Notes: generated by a model from the letters alone, not told the origin. Numbered from the stretch's first letter, positions 8,321 to 15,955 are shown. The stretch is DNA of 64,000 nucleotides from a virus (IMGVR_UViG_3300010998_000005:14095-78094); one strand, 5' to 3'. Translations and numbers: made by a program.

Positions 8321-8414
8321 CACTTACAACCAATGTGTAAGTGACATTGCCGGAACGATAAAAGCGAGAATAAATAGTAATAATATGTATTATGTAAGTG
8401 TACCAAATGGCTAA
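8244..8414 (+). CDS. MTase variable-region cassette 4
   Basis: Manual translation MKKKATGGVRLAKMIHKVNKPYLWIDTYNQCVSDIAGTIKARINSNNMYYVSVPNG*. Confidence 0.65.
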   Translation: MKKKATGGVRLAKMIHKVNKPYLWIDTYNQCVSDIAGTIKARINSNNMYYVSVPNG

Positions 8415-8595
8415 ACAAGCATACGGACTCGGACGCTCTCGCAGTAGCAGTGGGAAAGGTGATATTGTAAATTGGCATCTTAATCCTTACGTCAACTGCA
8501 TCCACACTCTTGTAGGTGGAGGGTGGAAAACGATGGAAGTCTTAATTGTAGAAGTTTATGATGATACTGACTTGTGCGATAAGAGGAAGGAGTGA
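8407..8595 (+). CDS. MTase variable-region cassette 5
   Basis: MAKQAYGLGRSR...YVNCIHTLVGGGWKTMEVLIVEVYDD. Confidence 0.65.
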   Translation: MAKQAYGLGRSRSSSGKGDIVNWHLNPYVNCIHTLVGGGWKTMEVLIVEVYDDTDLCDKRKE

Positions 8596-8728
8596 TGGCG
8601 AGTGGCATTCGTCCGACCATAGCCAGAGGTTAGAAGTCGGCGGTGACATAGCTAATTCGATAACGTCTGTAAGCAAGAACAGTTTAATACTGATAGTTAA
8701 TGAAGATAGTAAAAGCGATAGGTCGTGA
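8558..8728 (+). CDS. MTase variable-region cassette 6
   Basis: Manual translation MMILTCAIRGRSDGEWHSSDHSQRLEVGGDIANSITSVSKNSLILIVNEDSKSDRS*. Confidence 0.65.
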   Translation: MMILTCAIRGRSDGEWHSSDHSQRLEVGGDIANSITSVSKNSLILIVNEDSKSDRS

Positions 8729-8882
8729 AAGGACGGAAGAGGAAAAGAGACGTAGGCATTTGTATGGTGACAAAGGGGCAAGGTTCTCTAAAGGTAAGCA
8801 GTTATGCCTACTTGGTGATATAATAGGAGCGATAACGACTTTATGCACAAAAGACAACTTGATATGCGAGATAGAATTATAA
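8700..8882 (+). CDS. MTase variable-region cassette 7
   Basis: MKIVKAIGRERTEEEKRRR...DIIGAITTLCTKDNLICEIEL. Confidence 0.65.
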   Translation: MKIVKAIGRERTEEEKRRRHLYGDKGARFSKGKQLCLLGDIIGAITTLCTKDNLICEIEL

Positions 8883-9044
8883 AATTAGGGTACTATATAA
8901 AGCCCAACCGAAAGAATCCGAGCAAGGGTGTGGTGTATAGCATTGAAGGCATTGCACCTTGTATGTGCGATTTTTCTGGGGGGGGGTAATTTAGTGCCGA
9001 CAATAGTAGTAAAAGATGAACGGGAAAGTAAAGAAACTGTTTAA
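8864..9044 (+). CDS. MTase variable-region cassette 8 (G9 tract 8978-8986 places TAA in frame)
   Basis: MRDRIIKLGYYIKPNRKNPSKGVVYSIEGIAPCMCDFSGGG*; with G8 it continues GNLVPTIVVKDE... Confidence 0.6.
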
Positions 9045-9158
9045 CATCTACGGCTTTGATGGCGGCAACTTCGCAGGGAATGTGTACGACCCTGAATATA
9101 TCAGTCCTGCCCTCAGCACAATGGGGGGGGTAATCAGCAACCTTTAATAATTACAGAT
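9016..9158 (+). CDS. MTase variable-region cassette 9 (G8 tract 9123-9130; G9 would fuse it to the C-terminal gene)
   Basis: MNGKVKKLFNIYGFDGGNFAGNVYDPEYISPALSTMGG; with one extra G it reads GNQQPLIITDMEQKQK... in frame with 9159. Confidence 0.65.
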
Positions 9159-9431
9159 ATGGAACAGAAACAAAAAATCACCTTGCCTAAAGAATTAGAG
9201 GGCAAGAAGTTTAGAATCAGAAAACTTACTCCGAGAGAATGCGGACGTTTGCAAGATGTGGATGATAAAGACATTGACATCATCGAGAACGCAGGTTTGA
9301 GTAATTCAGCAATGTATAAATTGTACGGGAATAGTATAACTTTATCGGTCTTATTTTTCATTTTTGAAGAATTATTTATACCTTTGCACCCGAAAAGGGG
9401 CAAAGAGCCTATTCAATTATTATTATTTTGA
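9159..9431 (+). CDS. C5-cytosine DNA methyltransferase, C-terminal part (motifs IX-X)
   Basis: RIRKLTPRECGRLQ (motif IX) and YKLYGNSI (motif X). Confidence 0.85.
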   Translation: MEQKQKITLPKELEGKKFRIRKLTPRECGRLQDVDDKDIDIIENAGLSNSAMYKLYGNSITLSVLFFIFEELFIPLHPKRGKEPIQLLLF

Positions 9432-9432
9432 T

Positions 9433-10728
9433 ATGAGAAAGGAAAAAGTAATTCAGATGGATTTAGATGGAAACTACATTTCCGTCTTTGAAAGTGCAGT
9501 TGCTGCTTCTAAAGCATTAGGAGTTGGTTGTGGTAACATAAGTTTATGTTGTCGTGGACTTGCGGACAGAGTAAAAAATTATCGTTTTAGGTATGTTGAT
9601 GATGTACTAAACGAAAAAGCCGTGAAAATTCGACAAGTACGACACAACAAAGCGTCAGATAACCACAAGAAGGCATGGATTCCGAAAAGGAGAAAGGTTT
9701 ATCAATTCTCTTTAGATGCAGTATTGATTGCTTGCTATAAAAACGCAGATATAGCATCAAGTAAAAACGGAATCCCAAAGCATCTAATATTCCAATGCTG
9801 TAATGGGACAATCATCCAAAGCGGAGGGTATATATGGAGTTATAATAACAAAGTAGAATCTGTATTGAAGAACGATATTCCAACTGAACAAGGAGAAGAG
9901 TGGCGTGATGTAGTCGGGTACGAAGGTCTTTATATGGTAAGTTCTTTTGGTCGAGTTTGGAGTTTAAGGAGGAGAACAGAAAAAGTCGGGAATTTGATAG
10001 GTGGATTTATGCTTACAAACCATATAGACAATAGGGGGAGAACGTCCAACACGCTAACAACAAAAAATGGGGAAAAAGTTAATGCAGTAACCGCTCGTCT
10101 TGTTGTAATGTCTTTTATTCCTAATCCAGACAACCTTCCTCAAGTAAACCATAAGGATGAAAATCCATTAAACAACCATGTGGATAATCTTGAATGGTGT
10201 ACGGCTAAATATAATTGCAACTATGGAACAAGGATTGAAAGGATTAAAGAGAAGCAAAACATACCAATACTCCAATACACACTGAATGGTGAATTTGTTG
10301 CAGAATACGCTTCAATGCACATTGCCGCGGATGCTATAAATGCAGATGCAGGACACATTTGTGATTGTTGCTTGGGAAATAGGTCTTATGCCTATGGTTT
10401 CTTTTGGCGTTACAAAGATGATGAAATGTATAATTCTGCCAAAGTAAGGCTGCAAGATAAAATTTCCGCAAGTAAAAAATCGAGAGCAGACAAGTTTACG
10501 GCGAGAGCATTAAATGTAGTACAACTTGATATGAACGGTAAATATATACAGACACATCAGTCAAGTAGGCTTGCAGCGGAAAGAGTTGGAAGTTTCCGAC
10601 CAATGATTATAAATTGTTGCAATGGGAAAATATCAAATGTTAAAGGCTACAAGTTTATGTACGAGCGAGATTTCCGCAAGATGTTCATAGAAACGGAAAA
10701 CGAAAGCCAACAACTAAGTTTATTCTGA
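9433..10728 (+). CDS. HNH homing endonuclease with NUMOD4 and multiple NUMOD1-like DNA-binding repeats
   Basis: EEWRDVVGYEGLYMVSSFGRV (NUMOD4), QVNHKDENPLNNHVDNLEWCT (HNH), four VxQxxLxG...S...A(S/A) repeats. Confidence 0.85.
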   Translation: MRKEKVIQMDLDGNYISVFESAVAASKALGVGCGNISLCCRGLADRVKNYRFRYVDDVLNEKAVKIRQVRHNKASDNHKKAWIPKRRKVYQFSLDAVLIACYKNADIASSKNGIPKHLIFQCCNGTIIQSGGYIWSYNNKVESVLKNDIPTEQGEEWRDVVGYEGLYMVSSFGRVWSLRRRTEKVGNLIGGFMLTNHIDNRGRTSNTLTTKNGEKVNAVTARLVVMSFIPNPDNLPQVNHKDENPLNNHVDNLEWCTAKYNCNYGTRIERIKEKQNIPILQYTLNGEFVAEYASMHIAADAINADAGHICDCCLGNRSYAYGFFWRYKDDEMYNSAKVRLQDKISASKKSRADKFTARALNVVQLDMNGKYIQTHQSSRLAAERVGSFRPMIINCCNGKISNVKGYKFMYERDFRKMFIETENESQQLSLF

Positions 10729-10733
10729 TATAA

Positions 10734-11543
10734 ATGGGAGAAAGTATGATTGAACTTGACCATATCTATTGTGAAGATTGTTTAATCGGCATGAAGCGGA
10801 TTCCTGACGGGAGCGTGGATGCGGTGATTTGCGATTTGCCGTATGGGACAACCGCCTGCGCCTGGGACTCCGTGATACCCTTCGACAAGTTGTGGGAGCA
10901 GTACCGACGTATCTGCAAAACAAATGCTCCGATAGTGCTGTTTGGCATAGAGCCATTTACGGCGGCTCTCATTATGTCGAATGTAAAGGAGTTTAGGGAG
11001 AAATTAACATGGGAAAAACATAAACCGAGTAATATTGGCAATGCAAAGTACATGCACCTAAAATATTCGGAAGACATTGTAGTATTCTCCCGTGGAAAAT
11101 GCACTTTTAATCCTCAAATGCAACCAAGAATAAGCGACAGAGTAAGAGAGGCGCAAAAAGGGAACAGTAAGCAATGGCGTAGTAATCGCAAGGAAACTGG
11201 CGAAGTGTCTTTTGCAACGCAATATGAGCCGCGAGATTGGAACTCATTTGATGCTGATAAGAAATACCCAGGAAATGTATTTTATTTCCCAGCCGTTGTT
11301 TCTAATTCCCACGAGAAATGCGACCACCCCACCCAGAAGCCCGTTGACCTGCTGCGCTATCTCGTGCTGACCTACACCAACGAGGGCGACACGGTGCTCG
11401 ACAACTGCATGGGCAGCGGCACGACGGCCATCGCCTGTATCAAGGAAAAGCGGCACTTTTTAGGATTCGAGCTGAATGAAGATTATTACAAGAAAGCAAT
11501 CAAGAGAATAGAAGTTGAAAAATCTCAATTAACGCTATTTTGA
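10734..11543 (+). CDS. N4-cytosine/N6-adenine DNA methyltransferase (beta class)
   Basis: CDLPYG catalytic motif, HPTQKPVDLL and LDNCMGSGTTAIA SAM-binding motif. Confidence 0.9.
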   Translation: MGESMIELDHIYCEDCLIGMKRIPDGSVDAVICDLPYGTTACAWDSVIPFDKLWEQYRRICKTNAPIVLFGIEPFTAALIMSNVKEFREKLTWEKHKPSNIGNAKYMHLKYSEDIVVFSRGKCTFNPQMQPRISDRVREAQKGNSKQWRSNRKETGEVSFATQYEPRDWNSFDADKKYPGNVFYFPAVVSNSHEKCDHPTQKPVDLLRYLVLTYTNEGDTVLDNCMGSGTTAIACIKEKRHFLGFELNEDYYKKAIKRIEVEKSQLTLF

Positions 11544-11544
11544 C

Positions 11545-12108
11545 ATGAAAGAAGAATGGAAAGAAATAGATGGTCATAGTGGGTACATGGTATCTAACTA
11601 TGGAAACATAAAAAGCCTGTCATTTAACAAGACTGGTGTAGAGAAAAAACTTACACCATGCGTTGATAAGAAAGGCTACCTTTTTGTGTGTCTTCACGGT
11701 AAACAATTAAGGGTACATAGACTTGTGGCATTAGCATTTATACCAAAAGTTAATGGAAAAGAACTAATCAACCACATCAATGAGGATAAACAGAATAATG
11801 CCGTATGGAATTTAGAGTGGTGTACCGCATCTTATAATCTTAATTACAATGGTAATAGAGAAAGGATTTCCAAGAAGCACAAAAAGAAAGTGTATGCTTA
11901 TAAAGATAAAGAGTTATTTCAATCTTTCGACAGTATAACAGAAGCCGCTAAAGCGTTCGGTGTTTCTATCAATAATATATCTTCGTGTTTACACGGAAGA
12001 AAGAAACAAGCATGTGGGTGTGAATGGTCATTCGAGTTGAACAAGGAATACTACGACAAAGCCATGAAGCGCATCGACAACGAACGCCGACAACTGACAT
12101 TATTTTAA
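11545..12108 (+). CDS. NUMOD4-HNH-NUMOD1 homing endonuclease carrying an MTase-derived C-terminal tail
   Basis: EEWKEIDGHSGYMVSNYG, RVHRLVALAF, INHINEDKQNNAVWNLEWCT; tail FELNKEYYDKAMKRIDNERRQLTLF. Confidence 0.85.
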   Translation: MKEEWKEIDGHSGYMVSNYGNIKSLSFNKTGVEKKLTPCVDKKGYLFVCLHGKQLRVHRLVALAFIPKVNGKELINHINEDKQNNAVWNLEWCTASYNLNYNGNRERISKKHKKKVYAYKDKELFQSFDSITEAAKAFGVSINNISSCLHGRKKQACGCEWSFELNKEYYDKAMKRIDNERRQLTLF

Positions 12109-12438
12109 TTATCACCCCGAACCCCGAAAGCATAACAATAAAACTATGTAACATTCAAAAGGAGATACAACTATGACACAATACATCAACAAAGCCGCTG
12201 TAGTGGCGGAGAGTTCAACAGTTGCGACTTTATGACGTTCTCTCCGCGAAAAGGTTTTGTATGTAGCAAATATTTTGATGACTGAGTATGCGTATGATGC
12301 CGAATTTGGCACTTTTCGTGGCTTCTGGCAGCTTCGAATCGCAAAATGGTGTAGTTATCATGTCGGTTGGAGAAATGCGCTCAGAGCGGCTTAAATGCGT
12401 TTTTGGTTTTTTAAGTTAATAAATTCAAAGAATAAGAT

Positions 12439-12903
12439 ATGGAAGAAAAGAAGACACACATCTACAATCTGCAACTGACAGAAAAGCAGGCAACGCTGTT
12501 GTCCTACGCTTGCGACAGACTTTCACGAATCATCTGCGGGCAAGACTGGACTTATCAAGAGTTCATGGAAGAAGCGTGGGAGAAACGCTGCAAGGAAGCC
12601 ACTGGCAACATGATGGATGATAAGTGGGATGGCGGTTGGCACAATATGCGGCATGAAGCGGAAGAAATCAGCAAGAACATCAAGAAGAGGTTTTGGGGTT
12701 TGGAACGTAATGCCATGTACGGCATCCACTATGACGATGCGGCGGACATTCTATTTGACTTGCACCAATGTATCAGACACCAACTTTGGCTCGATAGACC
12801 CGAAAGCGAGAAATCGACTATCACGGTGGATGCTTCCGAGGCAATGCGTGTTGGAAATGAGCCGTTGGCAATTATTGAACGGATAAAATATAAAGAACTA
12901 TGA
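12439..12903 (+). CDS. Hypothetical protein
   Basis: ORF track; overlapping operon structure. Confidence 0.75.
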   Translation: MEEKKTHIYNLQLTEKQATLLSYACDRLSRIICGQDWTYQEFMEEAWEKRCKEATGNMMDDKWDGGWHNMRHEAEEISKNIKKRFWGLERNAMYGIHYDDAADILFDLHQCIRHQLWLDRPESEKSTITVDASEAMRVGNEPLAIIERIKYKEL

Positions 12904-13157
12904 CAAGAGAACAATTCGAGACGTTAAAGGTTGGCGACAAAGTACGCCATGCTTTCGGTGGTATCGGTGTTGTCACGGAGAAAGAGGAAAACGGCTATAC
13001 GGTGAAAGATAAAGGCTTTGACCAAGGTGATGGAATGTGTGAGGTTTCATTTGCATGGAATGAAGGTGAGATATGGTTGCCAACAGGGGTAATGGAATCT
13101 CCTTCTAAAACATTTCCAAGAGTTAATGAAGAACGGATAAAAGACAAGGCGGAATAG
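12900..13157 (+). CDS. Hypothetical protein (possible SH3/KOW-like)
   Basis: LKVGDKVRH..GGIGVV pattern; ATGA overlap with the upstream gene. Confidence 0.65.
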   Translation: MTREQFETLKVGDKVRHAFGGIGVVTEKEENGYTVKDKGFDQGDGMCEVSFAWNEGEIWLPTGVMESPSKTFPRVNEERIKDKAE

Positions 13158-13159
13158 TT

Positions 13160-13585
13160 ATGTTACAGGCGAGAACGAAAGAACAGAATGAGCACATCGA
13201 AGGTATCGTAAAAAAATATGTCGACGTGAATACGCAAAACAGCAAATTTGTTTCTGCGGATGTTTATAAAAACTTTGAAGAACTTGTTGAAATCAATTTA
13301 AGATGCGAAGATTGTGATGAATTATTATCCATTGATATTCGTTTCGACATGATGGCTGAAATTGTCGATTACTTGCGAAAAGAGAATGAACAAATAGAAA
13401 CTCCAACTCGATGTGAAGTTTCTTTTTCTGACGGTATATTGAGTTATGGCTTGCTGCATACACCACATGAGGAGGTGATGAATTTCTGTAAGAAACTTGC
13501 ATGGGTGAAAGGTAATGACTTTGACTATTATTACAAGCAGTACGTTAAAACAAGAAAGATAACGATACGAATGAGGGAGAAGTAA
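13160..13585 (+). CDS. Hypothetical protein
   Basis: ORF track; tight packing. Confidence 0.7.
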   Translation: MLQARTKEQNEHIEGIVKKYVDVNTQNSKFVSADVYKNFEELVEINLRCEDCDELLSIDIRFDMMAEIVDYLRKENEQIETPTRCEVSFSDGILSYGLLHTPHEEVMNFCKKLAWVKGNDFDYYYKQYVKTRKITIRMREK

Positions 13586-13734
13586 TATGAACAGAAGACA
13601 GAAAAATAAATACCTAAAGCGTAATGTGCCATGTGCACACGAATATCGGTATATGGCATATTACGGTGATATAGCGACACGTTGCCTTTGCAAAACGAGC
13701 AAAGAAGACAATGACTGCTGTAATACGCTGAAAC

Positions 13735-13956
13735 ATGAAAATAAAAATAGTTCCAAGATGGGAGCAATTTATGGCTCCAGAAGGGTATGAAACAAAACTA
13801 TACGATGTGTATCATGGCTTCACCCACTTTCTGTTCTTTACCAAGTGGAAGTTAGATAAGGCAGGTCTTGACGAACAAGAAATGAAAGAGTATCTGCAAC
13901 CATTTATGTTTGGTCATTCACCCTTATTGGTATCTAAAATTACGATAAACTTATGA
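13735..13956 (+). CDS. Hypothetical protein
   Basis: ORF track; ATGA overlap with the next gene. Confidence 0.6.
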   Translation: MKIKIVPRWEQFMAPEGYETKLYDVYHGFTHFLFFTKWKLDKAGLDEQEMKEYLQPFMFGHSPLLVSKITINL

Positions 13957-14393
13957 AAAGTAAAATCTACGAATTTGACCCAGTGCTTTATCCGTTCCCT
14001 ATCCATGTCACAAAAGACTTTGACAAGGAAGAACTGAAAAGCATCTACAACGGAACGAACAGTGAAGGAGATGAAGTGCCATTGGATATAGATATTCCAT
14101 CCACGACTACGGCAAGAACATTTCAAGCCGTGGAAAAGGAAAGTGGAAATCACTATTACCTTGTCTGCTTGTTAAAGCCCGAAGATATAGGTGCAGGAAT
14201 TGTGGCACACGAAGCCGACCATATTACCAATGCCTATTTGCAGGACTTGGGCTTTTCCTTACCTACACCTTGGAATGATGAACCTCATGCCTATTTCCTT
14301 CAATGGGTGACTGACTGCATTTGGTCTGTCTTGATAAATGAGCCAGAAGAAATGAAAGGAGTATTGCTTGACCAAAAATCAGGGGAACAATGA
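13953..14393 (+). CDS. Small HExxH (zincin-like) protein
   Basis: IVAHEADH...NDEPHAY motif. Confidence 0.55.
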   Translation: MKSKIYEFDPVLYPFPIHVTKDFDKEELKSIYNGTNSEGDEVPLDIDIPSTTTARTFQAVEKESGNHYYLVCLLKPEDIGAGIVAHEADHITNAYLQDLGFSLPTPWNDEPHAYFLQWVTDCIWSVLINEPEEMKGVLLDQKSGEQ

Positions 14394-14580
14394 ACACAAT
14401 TAGACAATCAGCGAAAAAATGGTGCAGAACATTAAGGCATTAAAGTATGGCAGCAAAAGCGTGTATTCTTAATTGTAAACATTGGATGTGTGTGGAAAAT
14501 TACTGCATAGTTAGCGGTTGCAAGCCGCCAACGACTTACGACCCTGAAACGTGCCCTTATTTCAAATCAAAGAAGAAATT

Positions 14581-14880
14581 ATGAAATGGCGTAAAGTAAA
14601 GAAGCAGTTCAAGAAGGACAAACACAAGTATTTGGGACTAAACCTTGTCGCACAAGATTCGACTGGCATGAATGTGGGCATGGTAGTAAGTGACGTAAAG
14701 ATTCGTCCCGCTGGCGGAAAGCAAGTCTATTACGACTTTGAGGCTGAACCGATACAGAGCAAGTTGTGGGTGCCGAGAGAAGAGCCCAAAGGCTATTATT
14801 CCAACCACGAATTCAGCGCAACCTTTGACATAACTATTGATACACCGACAAAGGATTTGAAGAAATTATTGAATATGTAG
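14581..14880 (+). CDS. Hypothetical protein
   Basis: Probable ATG start MKWRKVKK within track ORF 14551..14880. Confidence 0.65.
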   Translation: MKWRKVKKQFKKDKHKYLGLNLVAQDSTGMNVGMVVSDVKIRPAGGKQVYYDFEAEPIQSKLWVPREEPKGYYSNHEFSATFDITIDTPTKDLKKLLNM

Positions 14881-14970
14881 ATTTTTATGGAATAAACTTT
14901 CTTAATAATCCTTAAACAATTTACGAATACCAAATATAAGTAGTATTTTTGCAAAAGAAATAAATAATCA

Positions 14971-15070
14971 ATGTGGCGTGTCCTACTTAAAGCCACAAAG
15001 ATAACAATAGATACTTGCAGGCGTGATGAACGGGTAGTAGGACACCTTAGTAGTCACGCTTGCAAAGTTT
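14971..15070 (+). promoter_or_regulatory. Structured leader of the replication initiator gene
   Basis: GTGTCCTACT (14978-87) / AGTAGGACAC (15036-45) and TTGCAGGCGTGA (15015-26) / TCACGCTTGCAA (15054-65). Confidence 0.6.
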
Positions 15071-15955
15071 ATGCAGGTTACAATGAAAAAAAAAAGAACA
15101 TCTTTTGTCTTTTATGGCGATTGGTATGATGCCATTTGCGGACTTGATGACAGTACGGCTTTAGAGGTCTGTAAATCCATTATGGCTTACGCCCTTGGAA
15201 GAGATGAGCCAAAACTATCCGACATGGCAAAAGCAATAATGATGCTTATACGACCCCAAATTGATAGAGATACCGAAAAATGGCTTAATACAAGAGAAAA
15301 GCGAAGTATCGCAGGAAAAAAGCATAAAGGAAATCAATATAGTAAAGTGGAACAAATGGAACAAAATGGAACAAATGGAACAAATGTTCCAACAATGGAA
15401 CAAAATGGAACAAATGGAACTGTTAATGTAAATGATAATGTAGATGTAGATGTTAATGATAATGTTGTTACCATAGATGATAACAAACAATTATCTTCAT
15501 TACATTCAGATAATATAATATCAACTAAAGTTGATGCGTCATCTTCTCCTGTCTGGGCAGAGAATTTTGTAAAATTCTTTAATAATGCGATAGACAGGAA
15601 TAATTCGGTAATAGCAAAAATAAGAATTATTCAAGGGAATAGGGAAAAGCAACTGAAAGCGAGAATAAAGCAATATGGGGAAGAAGCCGTATGTGAGGCT
15701 ATCACAAAAGCAACGCAATCTGCTTTCCTTAACGGGCAAAAAGGATTTATAGCAACAATAGACTGGATATTAAAACCAAACAACTTTCCAAAAATCTTAG
15801 AAGGTAATTATGACAACAGAGAAACAAGCGTATTTAGAACCAATGAATGTGAGCAGATTAATAAGCGGATTGCCTACGGACAGCAGACAACAAGACTTAT
15901 GCGAGAGGAAGAAAATGTCCTTAACCTTGCAAACGCGGACAATCCACCGTTTTAA
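15071..15955 (+). CDS. Replication initiator (DUF6291-like N-terminus, DnaD-like C-terminus)
   Basis: RTSFVFYGDWYDAI...IMAYAL N-domain, internal DNA repeats, and C-domain ATIDWILKPNNFPKILEGNYD. Confidence 0.75.
   Translation: MQVTMKKKRTSFVFYGDWYDAICGLDDSTALEVCKSIMAYALGRDEPKLSDMAKAIMMLIRPQIDRDTEKWLNTREKRSIAGKKHKGNQYSKVEQMEQNGTNGTNVPTMEQNGTNGTVNVNDNVDVDVNDNVVTIDDNKQLSSLHSDNIISTKVDASSSPVWAENFVKFFNNAIDRNNSVIAKIRIIQGNREKQLKARIKQYGEEAVCEAITKATQSAFLNGQKGFIATIDWILKPNNFPKILEGNYDNRETSVFRTNECEQINKRIAYGQQTTRLMREEENVLNLANADNPPF
15348..15420 (+). repeat. Iteron-like repeats (7x TGGAAC[AA]) inside the initiator gene; probable replication origin
   Basis: Copies start at 15348, 15357, 15367, 15376, 15396, 15406 and 15415, followed by an AT-rich stretch. 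Confidence 0.7.

Noticed and set aside
9433-12108. Group I intron or intein hosting the HNH genes
   Set aside because: Both HNH ORFs are free-standing, with their own start and stop 1-5 nt from intact neighbours; no intron core (P7, terminal G) or intein motifs were recognised.
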